A stretch of 64,000 bases of DNA, from positions 192,001 to 256,000 of the forward strand of contig JBPOGI010000004.1 of NCBI GenBank assembly GCA_051251855.1. Reading direction: 5' to 3'. A program made the position numbers and the translations under genes. This stretch comes from Roseibacillus sp. (GTDB lineage: Bacteria; Verrucomicrobiota; Verrucomicrobiia; Verrucomicrobiales; Akkermansiaceae). The notes beneath the pieces are model-generated. The model searched no databases. It worked only from the letters and a program-made list of their open reading frames with translations, and had not been told where the DNA came from. Positions 27,001 through 37,304 of the stretch are shown in pieces (the stretch's first letter is position 1; every line of letters begins with the position of its first letter).

Positions 27001-29034
27001 GCTACCGACTTCCAATTCATGACCCTGAACGGCGCCTTCGACCCTGTCCTGAATCCCAGCGCCGAAGACTACACTACACCCACCCCACCGACGACTTGGC
27101 CCACCGTCAACCGAAGCAATCCGGACCCCGAAAAATGGCACCTCAGCGGACCCTACCCGCTTACTCGTGATGACGACCGCCTCGCCGACATCAACGATCT
27201 TCGAGTTGAACCCGGAAACCGCGAACGTCGTCACGCGCACTGGCAAATGATGCTCAACGCTCAAGACCAACTGCGCCAAAAGACCGGTTTCGCTCTCCAG
27301 CAAATCGTGGTCGTCAGCGCCGCGATCACCGCCATTCGCGATAGCCCCTATGCTGCCAGCAACTACCAAGACCAACTCAACATCCATGCCTTCGGCCACT
27401 ACCGAGACGTCCTAGGCTACGTCAACTGGAGCCCAATCATGGGCAAATGGCTCTCCAGCCTAGGCAATCAAAAAGGAGTCGATATCGATGGCGACGGCAC
27501 CGACGACATTTCTCCCGATGAGAACCTCGCACGCGAGAACATGCAGCTCTTCTCCATCGGCCTCTTCAACCTCTGGCCTGACGGGACCCTCCGTCTCGGA
27601 ACAGACGGAGCCCCTAACAACACCTACAACAACGAAGACATTCGCGAATTTGCCAAAGTCCTTACTGGCCAAAGCTTCAGCGTCCACAACGACCGCGAAG
27701 TCCCTTGGGGTGGAGTTCCCTTTGCCGACCTCGAAGAAAACACAAACTTTGGCCGCAACCAGAACCAAGCCCAGCTTCACGAAATCAAATACAACTACCC
27801 GATGAAAATGTTCGGTGAATTCCACGATCGCTCGGTCAAGAGCTTCGCCGGAGTCACCATTGACAACACCAACCTCACCGACCCCACCGAACAGGGAATC
27901 GCGGATATCGAAGATGCCATCGATTGGCTCGCAGGCACTCCCGGCGACGGCAACCCGGACTTTGACATGGTTCACAGTCACGGCAGCACTCCCGCCTTCA
28001 TCTGCTTGCGCCTCATCCAACGCTTCACCACTTCCAACCCTTCTCGCGATTACCTCCACCGCGTCGCCACCGCCTTCAAAGATGGCGAAGGAGACCTCGC
28101 CGCCACCGTGAAGGCCATTCTCTTAGACGCAGAGGCGAGACAACTCGACCCCACTAACACCACCTTCGGCCTCAAACGCTCCCCTCTCGAAACCTACCTG
28201 CAACTCGCCCGCTCCATGGAGGCCATCAGCTACCTGCCCATTCTTCCTCCGGGGAATACTTACCCCTTCGACACCGCACCCGGTGACTTTTCCAATAGCG
28301 ACCTCTTCCTCGACAACTTTGGCCTCCCCGCATCGCAACTTGCCAATCAAGAACGCAATCACCGCTTCCTGCAACACTACACCATCACCAGCGGAGCTAC
28401 CGGCATTCAGATGGTCCCTTTCCGCCAGGAAACAGTCTTCAACTGGTATCTCCCCGACTACGCTCCCAGCGGCCCCATCGCCGATGCCGGTCTCGTCTCC
28501 CCCGAACTCCAACTCGCCAATGAGCCTGACGTCATTCGCAACATCAACTACCAGCACTATCTCTTACGAGGCAACAACGGAATCTTCGTCGAATCTCTTG
28601 GCGGCTCCAGCGCGACCCAAGGCCGAGCTCTAGGTGCAGCCAGCGGTGACACCTCTTTCAACAACAACGATAACATTCGCCTCGATCGCGATAAGTGGGT
28701 CGCCCTCCTCTACCCTCCTGCCGAACCTACCGCGACCGACACCCGCACTGCTGAATCCCTTGCCGACGAGCAACTGGTAGACGAGCTCGACAAGCGCCTC
28801 ACCTATGGCTTCTTGAAGGCTAAGTATCCTTACGACCCCAGCGACGATGACGACCCCAATATCCCGGGCGTGGACAACTTCCTCAAAAACCCCCGCGAGC
28901 TCATCATCGATGGGATCACCGCCGGTCACGGTAATCCTTACAGCGGAAACAATGACGAAAGCGACAAGCGCGGAAAGTTCATCGACTCCCTTTACCTCAT
29001 CAGCGTCACTCCCGAGTTTCAGATTAAAAAGTAG
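24034..29034 (+). CDS. DUF1800 family protein with PA14, Calx-beta-like and CHRD-like domains (paralog A)
   Basis: DLDSDGLSDLW, ITPPETGSYTF, LYLNIHTVDNPAGEI, RRFLNQATFG, DQLRQK, PDENLARENMQLFSIGL, PEFQIKK. Confidence 0.85.
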   Translation: MNPNSFIQDRGALGGILLLSTLSSLAVDLDSDGLSDLWQLNYGAESESANGDPDGDGYTNAEESSAGTDPFSANSFPDLGPFQMDTSGNPIFFTFPTEAGKFYQLSQSTDLLNFQTFGPTIAGDGSEQSVTLKDTEASTRDGHVQQSFWSNFAGTQVSDLANLPNFPAQSDGQNELTQFETQRVQGSGFGSRLQALITPPETGSYTFALSSGSPAKAFLSTDTDSNNFVDLSEVFLAQADILPNEWDRYSSQRSTPILLTAGESYLLEVQLLSLTAESHCQLAWTGPGITDTAIITSEHLAPLELLPAPSTTQDLLVHDYDTTTTTLWPSNTEIVDAPEGMNGNAEKFNDDPGNLAAETLLLPQSSSDHLYATWQFRMSPGHDDVHFYFQGPDSSEEGPRVNLEERNSFSTVAVRTGGTYGVRQIDVEFDTTYRVELVASLDTPFTYQEGLSTRTVSPDTFDIYITDTNGKLIGSEFGLTFKDEGENVVSIFDRVRAASITLPNIVVDSWEITDGKIAGSGILNRNISDFTLDADGQFFRLHINDGDQDADGLSNWEELLLAKHQPFLFFDAETTSGTTDAAAISSLLTNNTGTPVISLAASDTAAFEDNSPNTSEDHGAILITRTGTLAPVTINLCIAALENTGSTATVCDGTCCSLIGSAGDEEAEVGDYTLLDSDGNLITDTVSFALGEMSKTLTVVALPDNINEYPETLNLAVAPSIDASYQLSETLNGASIQLFDLADNPANNAIFTGSFSQDGNATLSSLGSGFTTAILNGPRTKLFLTNEFSNLTSVQQDSHVHKSNPGPTPGDIIYSITNEPGAESQPPPASDPYLGFLTDYEWDLTESSGAVPTSGGAASKQTIIDSLFAQNSESPLYLNIHTVDNPAGEIWAFLNLTGGSTTDPGTPTAAALAGSAEYPQLFDDELEAEVRRFLNQATFGATDAQVAALVSTVETARAADSTYHRATAFEDWIDNQMALQQTYLLDYHLATDFQFMTLNGAFDPVLNPSAEDYTTPTPPTTWPTVNRSNPDPEKWHLSGPYPLTRDDDRLADINDLRVEPGNRERRHAHWQMMLNAQDQLRQKTGFALQQIVVVSAAITAIRDSPYAASNYQDQLNIHAFGHYRDVLGYVNWSPIMGKWLSSLGNQKGVDIDGDGTDDISPDENLARENMQLFSIGLFNLWPDGTLRLGTDGAPNNTYNNEDIREFAKVLTGQSFSVHNDREVPWGGVPFADLEENTNFGRNQNQAQLHEIKYNYPMKMFGEFHDRSVKSFAGVTIDNTNLTDPTEQGIADIEDAIDWLAGTPGDGNPDFDMVHSHGSTPAFICLRLIQRFTTSNPSRDYLHRVATAFKDGEGDLAATVKAILLDAEARQLDPTNTTFGLKRSPLETYLQLARSMEAISYLPILPPGNTYPFDTAPGDFSNSDLFLDNFGLPASQLANQERNHRFLQHYTITSGATGIQMVPFRQETVFNWYLPDYAPSGPIADAGLVSPELQLANEPDVIRNINYQHYLLRGNNGIFVESLGGSSATQGRALGAASGDTSFNNNDNIRLDRDKWVALLYPPAEPTATDTRTAESLADEQLVDELDKRLTYGFLKAKYPYDPSDDDDPNIPGVDNFLKNPRELIIDGITAGHGNPYSGNNDESDKRGKFIDSLYLISVTPEFQIKK

Positions 29035-29046
29035 TAACCCAGCACC

Positions 29047-30588
29047 ATGTCCGACTCCTACCAAATCTCCCGCCGTAAATTTCTCGCCACTGGCACCTGT
29101 GGGGCGATGGGCATTGGCTCGCTCGTCAACACCCTCGCACAGCTACAACTCATCAACTCCGCCGCTGCCGCAACAGGTGCCGGCGGACTCGATGTCGTTG
29201 GTGACGACTACAAAGCTCTCGTCTGTATTTTCCTTCGAGGCGGTTGCGACATGAACAACGTCCTCATTCCTGTAGCAGGAAATCCGCAAGCAGCAGGCTA
29301 CACTGCCGACCGTAATGTCGTGAGCATCCGTAACGGAGTGGCAGAGCCTACCCTCAATCCTGCGGGAGAAAACGACACCCTCGCCCTCAACACCACCGGC
29401 GACCCCTTCGGCCTTCATCCCTCCCTCGTCAATTTGCAAGCGATGTTCAACGGCAACGATGCCGCCTTCGTCAGCAACGTCGGCACCCTCGCCGAACACA
29501 CAAATCCAGGAACCTACAACAGCGCATCTCTCCCACGGCAGCTCTTCTCCCACTCCGACCAAGTCACCGAGTGGATGTCCTCTATCGCAGACCAACCCTA
29601 TCGCTCGGGTTGGGGAGCACGAGTAGCCGACCTCTACCACTCGACATGGAACCCCGACAGCCAGACTTCCATGCTCATTACTGCCGCGGGAAACAATCAA
29701 TTCATGAACGGCGGCACCGAAGCTCAATACTCGGTCACATCCTCCGGAGCCATCAGCTTAGCAGGATTTAGCAGCGGTGGACTTCCCTACGGAGGCGCTC
29801 TCGAAACCGATGGCAGCTACAAGACCAACTCCACCGGTAATCGCTTGCAGGCCCTCGAGCGCATCATGGCCTACAGTCATGCCAATATTTTGGAGGACGG
29901 CTACAACACCGTCGTCCAACGGGCTCGTGAGAACGAAGCCATCGTCACCGAAGCTTCCGAAGTCGCTACCAGCCTCGGACTCGACCTCGACACCATCTTT
30001 GCCAACGCCGATACCGGAATTGGAGACGAACTCAAAGCCGTCGCTAAGCTCATCACCGGCCGTAAATGCCTCGGCAACAAACGGCAAATCTTCTTTGTCG
30101 ACCTCAGCGGCTTCGACAATCATCAAGACATCAATGCTGACTTAGGAGGACTCCTCACCAATCTCGACAACGCTATTGGAGCCTTCAATGAGGCGATGAA
30201 AGCGCTCGCACTGGCCGACCCTGACTTCGAATACGACAAAGTCACCACCTTCCAAGCCTCCGATTTCAACCGCACTTGGACTCCCAACAGTGCCGATCCC
30301 AACACCGCAGGAACCGACCATGCTTGGGGGACTCATACCTTCATGTTCGGAGGGGCCGTGAACGGAGGACAGATCTACGGCACCTTCCCCGAACTCGCCG
30401 TCGGTGGTCTCGTCGATGTTCCCAGCGGCAGCCGAGGACGCTGGATTCCCACTTCTTCCGTCGACCAGTATTGTGCCGTCCTCGCCAATTGGTTTGGCGT
30501 TGATTCCAGCCTCATGGATACAGTCCTCCCCAACTTGGACCGCTTTGCAGACCCCTTCGACATCGCAACCAACCTCTCGTTTCTCTAG
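29047..30588 (+). CDS. DUF1501 domain protein (Tat signal), paralog A
   Basis: SRRKFL; DYKALVCIFLRGG; LFSHSDQ; SDFNRT; GTDHAWG; GRWIP. Confidence 0.88.
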   Translation: MSDSYQISRRKFLATGTCGAMGIGSLVNTLAQLQLINSAAAATGAGGLDVVGDDYKALVCIFLRGGCDMNNVLIPVAGNPQAAGYTADRNVVSIRNGVAEPTLNPAGENDTLALNTTGDPFGLHPSLVNLQAMFNGNDAAFVSNVGTLAEHTNPGTYNSASLPRQLFSHSDQVTEWMSSIADQPYRSGWGARVADLYHSTWNPDSQTSMLITAAGNNQFMNGGTEAQYSVTSSGAISLAGFSSGGLPYGGALETDGSYKTNSTGNRLQALERIMAYSHANILEDGYNTVVQRARENEAIVTEASEVATSLGLDLDTIFANADTGIGDELKAVAKLITGRKCLGNKRQIFFVDLSGFDNHQDINADLGGLLTNLDNAIGAFNEAMKALALADPDFEYDKVTTFQASDFNRTWTPNSADPNTAGTDHAWGTHTFMFGGAVNGGQIYGTFPELAVGGLVDVPSGSRGRWIPTSSVDQYCAVLANWFGVDSSLMDTVLPNLDRFADPFDIATNLSFL

Positions 30589-30741
30589 GTTTCACGAGAA
30601 GCGGGAAAATATCTTCACCTCCAACCTCATCAAATTTGAGGAGGTGAATTCCCTTCCAATGCCCCGATGAGAATCTAGGTTAGAAGGATGCTATCTCTCT
30701 GAGATTAAGAATTTTAGAATTTAGATTCTTCTGTGGAATAA

Positions 30742-33700
30742 ATGAATTTTTCAACCAACCCAATGAACACTTCGTTTGGCGCTCGTTTGCTCCCTCTTGC
30801 AGGGATGCTCCTTGCTCTTTCATCATCGTCACCCGCGATTGACCTCGATATGGACGGACTCTCGGATGTCTGGGAGCAGCAATATGGAGCCGAAAGCCTG
30901 CTCGCTGGAGACGATACCGATGGCGATGGCTTTACCAACTTGGGCGAATCCGCGGCAGGCACGGATCCTTTCGATTCGAACGACCACCCCAAACTAGAAT
31001 TCTCACTTCTCGACCCCGAAGACCCCCCGCTCGTTTTCACTTTCCCGACTCAAGCGGGAAAGCTTTATCAATTTCAAGATTCTCTGGATTTACAGATTTT
31101 CCGTCCTGTTGGAGAACCCATCACTGGCGACTCCACCCCCCTCACCTTAGCTCTGGACCCCGACAATGCGTCCTCTATCAGTGGCAATGTCATTCAACAA
31201 TTCTGGGCAGACCTCTCGGGCAACGATCTCACCACTCTTACCAACGACCCTAACTTCCCCGACAGCCCAGACGGAGAAACACGTCTCTCCTCACTCGAGC
31301 CTCCCCTCCTCTCAAGTTCCGGATTCGGCTTCCGAATGACGACTCTCGTCTCTCCCCCCCAAACGGGAGACTATAGCTTTTTCCTCTCGAGTGGTAGTTC
31401 GGCCGAACTCTCCCTTTCCAGTGACGACAGCTCCACGAACCTAGCGCTCATCGCTCAACTTCTCTCAGGACAATCGGTTGCACCCAATCAGTTCGATAGC
31501 TTCAGCAATCAACGTTCGGATGTCATCACTCTGAACGCAGGGCAATCCTACTTGCTAGAGGTCATCTCTATGAGCTCAACGCCCAAGAGTCATTGTCAAA
31601 TCGCTTGGACCGGACCGGGTATCACCGGCACGCAGATTATCGACTCCTCTCACATTGCTTCCTATCCCTTTCTTTCCGACGACTCGACCGACCTTGCCCT
31701 TCTAGAACACGACTATGATGAAATGGGAGAGACCTCACCCATCATCCAAGGAAATGTCGAAATCGTAACTGCGCCCGCAGGAATGTCTGGTCAAGCGGAG
31801 CGGCTACGTCCTTCTTCCTCGTCAGCTCTCTCAACCTATTTCCCTGAAACCAACGACCACTTATTTTTCTCGGTCTTGGTTAATGTTGATCCATCGAACG
31901 AGAACGTCTCGTTATTTCTCAAGGGATCCGGAAACGGTACCGAAGGGCCTCGCATCGATTTCGACTTATCCAACAGCCTACCCGCGATTCGAGCAGGAGG
32001 CTCTGGCGGCACGGCGGTAGCAGTTCCCATCAATGCCAATCAAACCTATCGTCTAGAGGTTCTTGCAGCCTTGGACACTCCCTTCGACTATTCGATCGGT
32101 CTCGCCGCCCATACCGTGCAACCGGACTCTTTCGATCTTTACGTCAGTGATACTAATGGAAACCTCGTTGCCAGCCACTCAGGCCTCACTTTTCGAGATG
32201 GCGCAAATGCGGTTGATGTCTTTCAAAGATTTCAACTTCTTCTCTTCAACGAACCCGATATCACTTTTGACGATTGGTTCATCACGGATGGCGTCATCGA
32301 TAGTCGCGGCTATATTTCGCCCAATGTTTACGAGACACTGTCACTTGCAGACCAACACTTCTTCCGACTTCAAATTTCCGATGGCGATCAAGACGGGGAT
32401 GGCATCACAGACTCCGAAGAACACCTCCTCGCTCCACACAACCCCTTTCTCTTTTTTGACTCCGAGACCAGCGCTGGAACCACGGACACTTCAGCCGCAA
32501 CGAACCTGATGGCGAATTCAAACGGTCCCATCACCCTTTCTCTCCAAGGCTCGGATGTAGCCGCTTTTGAAGACAACTCCCCTAACATCGACGTTGATAA
32601 CGCCACCGTAGTTATCAGCAGAACCGGCCCCTTAACTGCTGTCGACGCCAAGCTTTGCATCGCACCCCTCGCAAACACCGGCAACACCTCCACCATTTGC
32701 GATGGGCTTTGCTGCACCCTCGTTGGTTCCGCTGGAGACGAAGCCGCTGAAGTGGAGGACTACACCCTCGTGGACGAAGACGGCCAAGTCATCACCGACA
32801 CCGTCTCTTTCGAGTTTGGCGAGATGAGCAAGACCCTCACCGTCATCGCGACCAATGACGGCATCAACGAGTATCCCGAAACCCTGAACCTCGCGCTCTA
32901 TCCTGATAGTGCGTATGAAATTTCATCCACCATCAATGGTGCCTCCATTCAACTCTTTGATCTTCCGGACAGCCCTTCTAACTACGCCATCTTCACCGGA
33001 CTCTTCAGCCAAGATGGAGCCGCTGTCATCACTTCTCCTGGGTCGGGATCGACCACCGCCATTCTCAACGGGCCCCGCACCAAACTCTTTCTCACCACCG
33101 AGTTCACCGGCCTCACTTCGAATCAACAGGACGCGCACATCCACAAGTCCAACCCCGGCACCCTCGCCTCAGAGAGAGTGGGCGACATCATCTACGCCAT
33201 CACCAACGTTCCTGGAGCGGAAGGAAGCAATCCCCCCGACTCCGACCCCAAACTTGGTCCGCTGAACAACTACGAGTGGGATCTCGCTGATTCAGCGGGT
33301 GCAGTTCCAACAGCGGGAGGGGCCGCCTCCAAGCAAACCGTCATCGACTCCCTCTTCGGACAAAGCGGCGAAACCCCGCTCTACTTTAACGTTCACACCG
33401 TCTCAAATCCCGCGGGCGAAATTTGGTCCTTTCTTGAACTCACCGGCGGTTCCGTCACCGACCCCGGCGAGCCGATTGCAGCAGCACTCCCAGGTTCCAC
33501 AGAATTCCCGCAACTCTTCGGGGAAGACCTGAGTGCCGAAGTCCGCCGCTTCCTCGATCAAGCCACCTTTGGAGCCACCGAAGAAGAAGTCGCCATTCTG
33601 GTAAGCTCCATTGAAAACGAGCGCCTCACTGATGCCAGCTACCATCGACAAAGCGCCTTCGACAGTTGGATGGATGCCCAAATGGCGGTGCCCCAACACT

Positions 33701-35721
33701 TCCATGTCGACTACCAAATCGCGAGCAACTTCCAGCAAATGAAGCTCCGGGGTTGGTTTGACCCCGCACTCAATCCCTCCGATGGCACCACAAATCCTCC
33801 CTCGCTCCCTGCCTCTTGGCCCGTCATCGACCGTTCCAATCCCGACCCTACCAAATGGCACCTCACCGGCACCTATCCAGCCACGAACTCACAAGGCGCT
33901 CTTGCACAAGCCAATGGACGAGGAACCTTTCTCTACAACACCGACCGCCGAACGACTCACACCCAAATGATGACCGGGGCTCCCGATCAACTCCGGCAAA
34001 AAATGGGCTTTGCACTGCAACAAATTGTCGTGGTCTCGGTCGTCGACGACACCCTCCGAAACAGCCCCATGGGCTCCTCAAATTATCAGGACCAGCTCAA
34101 CTACCACGCCTTCTCGCACTACCGCGATATCCTCGGATTCGTAAACTGGAGCCCCATCATGGGAAACTGGCTCTCTTCCATTCAAAATCAGAAGGGACTC
34201 GATATCGATGGCGACGGTCTCAACGACACCTTCCCCGACGAGAACCTCGCTCGCGAAAACATGCAGCTCTTTTCCATCGGCCTCTTCGAACTCTGGCCCG
34301 ACGGCACCTTGCGACTCGGCAGCGACGGTGCTCCTAACAACACCTACACCAATGACGACATCCGCGAATTTGCCAAGGTCATCACCGGACAGTCCTTCTC
34401 AGTCAGCAGCAACCCTTGGGGGGGAGACCCCTTCGATACCCGACCCAAGCTCACCTCCTTTAACACCTCGCAAGGACAGTCCACCATTTACGGCGACCGC
34501 TACAACTATCCTCTCCAGATGTTCGGCGACTACCATGACCGCAGTATCAAAACCTTTGCTGGCACCACCATCGACAACACCAATATCACCGATGCCACCG
34601 AGCACGGCATCGCCGATATGGAGGACGCGCTCAACTGGCTGGCAGGCAAGCCTGGTGACGGCAATCCCGACTTCGACATGGTTCACAGCCACGGCTCCAC
34701 CCCTGCCTTTATCTGTCGTCGACTCATCCAACGCTTTGTTAAGTCCAACCCGTCCCGCGAGTATCTCCACCGCGTCGCCACCGCCTTTAAGAACAACGAA
34801 GGAGACCTTGCACTGACCCTGAAAGCCATTCTCCTCGACCCAGAAGCCCGAGTCATTGACCTCAACGACTCTAGTATCGGAATGAAAAGGTCTCCCCTCG
34901 AATGCTACATTCAGCTCATTCGCAAGCTGGGAGCCTTCACCTACATCCCCTTCACTCCCAGCACCGACTACCCCTTTGACAATGCTCCAGGAGATTATTC
35001 TAACCCCGACATCTACATCACCAACTTCGGCTATCCCATGAGCCAAGCTACCGGTCATCGACTCGACCAGCGCCTGCACATTGGCGTCACCAATTCAGGG
35101 AACACCAGCTCGCTCATGATGGAGTCCTTCTATCAAGAAACCGTTTTCAACTGGTATCTCCCCGACTACGCGCCCAGCGGCTCCGTTTCCAATGCCGGTC
35201 TCGTTGCTCCCGAGATGCAACTGGCTAACGAACAAGACGTCATCCGCAACATCAACTATTTCCGCCAGCTCTTCGTCAATTCCAATGGCGTCTTTGGACT
35301 CCCCTTTGGAGGCTCGATTACCCCCAGTCAAAAAACAGCCTTCAACGTCACCGACAATAGCGCGAACTCCTACCACAGCACTCGCCTCGATTTCAGCAAG
35401 CTTGTCAACGAGCTCTACCCTCCGACGCCACCCACCCCCACCGGTTCGGAGACCGCAGAATACCTCGCCAACCTGAGCATGCTCGACGAACTGGACCGCC
35501 GTCTCAATTACGGGCATTTTAAGGAGCGCTACCCCATCGATCCTGCGGACGACGGCCCGGATGGCATCTTCCAGAATCCACGCGAATTGATTCTCTCAGC
35601 CGTCACTTATGGAGGTGACAATCCCTATGATGGCAACAACGACTACAACAATCGTCTCAATCGAATTCAGGATGTTCTCTACCTCATCGTTGCGAGTCCC
35701 GAGTTCCAAGTCCGCAAGTAA
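30742..35721 (+). CDS. DUF1800 family protein, paralog B
   Basis: Colinear with 24034-29034 along its whole length; same DUF1800 motifs. Confidence 0.85.
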   Translation: MNFSTNPMNTSFGARLLPLAGMLLALSSSSPAIDLDMDGLSDVWEQQYGAESLLAGDDTDGDGFTNLGESAAGTDPFDSNDHPKLEFSLLDPEDPPLVFTFPTQAGKLYQFQDSLDLQIFRPVGEPITGDSTPLTLALDPDNASSISGNVIQQFWADLSGNDLTTLTNDPNFPDSPDGETRLSSLEPPLLSSSGFGFRMTTLVSPPQTGDYSFFLSSGSSAELSLSSDDSSTNLALIAQLLSGQSVAPNQFDSFSNQRSDVITLNAGQSYLLEVISMSSTPKSHCQIAWTGPGITGTQIIDSSHIASYPFLSDDSTDLALLEHDYDEMGETSPIIQGNVEIVTAPAGMSGQAERLRPSSSSALSTYFPETNDHLFFSVLVNVDPSNENVSLFLKGSGNGTEGPRIDFDLSNSLPAIRAGGSGGTAVAVPINANQTYRLEVLAALDTPFDYSIGLAAHTVQPDSFDLYVSDTNGNLVASHSGLTFRDGANAVDVFQRFQLLLFNEPDITFDDWFITDGVIDSRGYISPNVYETLSLADQHFFRLQISDGDQDGDGITDSEEHLLAPHNPFLFFDSETSAGTTDTSAATNLMANSNGPITLSLQGSDVAAFEDNSPNIDVDNATVVISRTGPLTAVDAKLCIAPLANTGNTSTICDGLCCTLVGSAGDEAAEVEDYTLVDEDGQVITDTVSFEFGEMSKTLTVIATNDGINEYPETLNLALYPDSAYEISSTINGASIQLFDLPDSPSNYAIFTGLFSQDGAAVITSPGSGSTTAILNGPRTKLFLTTEFTGLTSNQQDAHIHKSNPGTLASERVGDIIYAITNVPGAEGSNPPDSDPKLGPLNNYEWDLADSAGAVPTAGGAASKQTVIDSLFGQSGETPLYFNVHTVSNPAGEIWSFLELTGGSVTDPGEPIAAALPGSTEFPQLFGEDLSAEVRRFLDQATFGATEEEVAILVSSIENERLTDASYHRQSAFDSWMDAQMAVPQHFHVDYQIASNFQQMKLRGWFDPALNPSDGTTNPPSLPASWPVIDRSNPDPTKWHLTGTYPATNSQGALAQANGRGTFLYNTDRRTTHTQMMTGAPDQLRQKMGFALQQIVVVSVVDDTLRNSPMGSSNYQDQLNYHAFSHYRDILGFVNWSPIMGNWLSSIQNQKGLDIDGDGLNDTFPDENLARENMQLFSIGLFELWPDGTLRLGSDGAPNNTYTNDDIREFAKVITGQSFSVSSNPWGGDPFDTRPKLTSFNTSQGQSTIYGDRYNYPLQMFGDYHDRSIKTFAGTTIDNTNITDATEHGIADMEDALNWLAGKPGDGNPDFDMVHSHGSTPAFICRRLIQRFVKSNPSREYLHRVATAFKNNEGDLALTLKAILLDPEARVIDLNDSSIGMKRSPLECYIQLIRKLGAFTYIPFTPSTDYPFDNAPGDYSNPDIYITNFGYPMSQATGHRLDQRLHIGVTNSGNTSSLMMESFYQETVFNWYLPDYAPSGSVSNAGLVAPEMQLANEQDVIRNINYFRQLFVNSNGVFGLPFGGSITPSQKTAFNVTDNSANSYHSTRLDFSKLVNELYPPTPPTPTGSETAEYLANLSMLDELDRRLNYGHFKERYPIDPADDGPDGIFQNPRELILSAVTYGGDNPYDGNNDYNNRLNRIQDVLYLIVASPEFQVRK

Positions 35722-35744
35722 CAACCCATCTCTTTCCTCCTGCC

Positions 35745-37295
35745 ATGAAACACGAAACCTTCTCCCTCTCTCGCAGAAAATTCCTTCGCTACGGAACCTG
35801 CGGCTCCATGGGCATTGGCTCTCTCGTCAACACCCTCTCACAACTTCAACTCATTAACTCAGCAGCTGCCGCGTCCGTTGGCGGAAGCGATGTCGTGGGT
35901 GATGACTACAAAGCACTCGTCTGCATTTTCCTACGAGGAGGCTGCGATATGAACAACGTTCTCATCCCAGTCGCAGGAAATCCCCAAGCCGCAGCCTACG
36001 CCAATGACCGCGGAGTGGTTGCGGTCCCGAACGGCATCAATGGCCCCAACGACACTATTGCCCTCAACGGTCTCACAGAGCCTTTCGGACTCCATCCCTC
36101 CTTCGTCAACCTCGCCAAAATGTTCAATGGCACCTCTAACAATGCCACCGGACCCGAGGCCACTTTCGTCACCAATGTCGGGACCTTAGCTGAGAAAATC
36201 GAAACCCCCTCCGACTACAATAGCTCTTCCCTTCCCTTGCAACTTTTCTCCCACTCCGATCAAGTGACCGAGTGGATGTCTTCCATTTCCGACCAAGCTT
36301 ACACCTCAGGTTGGGGCGCTCGGGTTGCCGAACTTTATCACTCCACGTGGAATCCACAGAGCGCTTCTTCCATGCTCATTAGCGCGGCTGGAAATAATCA
36401 GTTTCTCGGCGGAAGCCCCACGAGCCCACCCTATAGCGTGACCTCAGCCGGCGCGGTTTCGCTCGCGGGCTTCGGTACAAACTACGGGAGCGCCCTCGAC
36501 AACAACGACAACTACACCAACACCCAGTCGGGGCGTCGACTCAAGGCCCTCGAGCGCATCATGGCCTACAGCCACAGCAATATCATTGAGGACTCCTACT
36601 CCACCGTGGTGCAACGTGCCCGAGAAACAGAGGCCGTCATCATCGAGAGTTCGGCGGTTGCGGCCAGCCTAGGACTCGACCTCGACGCCATCTTTTCCAG
36701 CTACGGAGCGACCGGAAACATTGCCGACGAACTCAAATCGATCGCCCGCCTCATCACGGGACGAAAATGCCTCGGCAACAAGCGCCAAATCTTCTTTGTC
36801 GACCTCGGGGGCTTCGATACTCATCAGGGCATCAACGGCAGCCTCGGCACCCTTCTCTCTCAAGTGGACAACGCCATCGGGGCCTTCAACCAAGCCATGA
36901 AGGACTTGGCAGTAGCCGATAGCGATTTCGAGTATGATAAAGTAACTACCTTCCAAGCCTCTGATTTCAACCGCACTTGGACTCCCAACGGAACGAATCC
37001 AACCACCGCCGGCACCGACCACGCCTGGGGCACCCACGCCTTCGTCTTTGGAGGAGCCGTCAATGGCGGCCAGTTCTTCGGCGAATTCCCCGAACTCACT
37101 GTTGGAGGCAACAACGACGTCCCCTCCGGTTCACGCGGGAGATGGATTCCAACCACCTCCGTGGACGAATATTGCGCCGTCCTCGCCAACTGGTTTGGCG
37201 TCCCGTCTGGCAGCACCCAAATGGAGACCATTCTCCCGAACCTCAGCCGTTTTGATAATCCATTTGCCGCTGGCAGCAATATTGCGTTTCTTTAG
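35745..37295 (+). CDS. DUF1501 domain protein, paralog B
   Basis: Colinear with 29047-30588; SRRKFL Tat motif. Confidence 0.88.
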   Translation: MKHETFSLSRRKFLRYGTCGSMGIGSLVNTLSQLQLINSAAAASVGGSDVVGDDYKALVCIFLRGGCDMNNVLIPVAGNPQAAAYANDRGVVAVPNGINGPNDTIALNGLTEPFGLHPSFVNLAKMFNGTSNNATGPEATFVTNVGTLAEKIETPSDYNSSSLPLQLFSHSDQVTEWMSSISDQAYTSGWGARVAELYHSTWNPQSASSMLISAAGNNQFLGGSPTSPPYSVTSAGAVSLAGFGTNYGSALDNNDNYTNTQSGRRLKALERIMAYSHSNIIEDSYSTVVQRARETEAVIIESSAVAASLGLDLDAIFSSYGATGNIADELKSIARLITGRKCLGNKRQIFFVDLGGFDTHQGINGSLGTLLSQVDNAIGAFNQAMKDLAVADSDFEYDKVTTFQASDFNRTWTPNGTNPTTAGTDHAWGTHAFVFGGAVNGGQFFGEFPELTVGGNNDVPSGSRGRWIPTTSVDEYCAVLANWFGVPSGSTQMETILPNLSRFDNPFAAGSNIAFL

Positions 37296-37304
37296 GGCCT
37301 CGCC

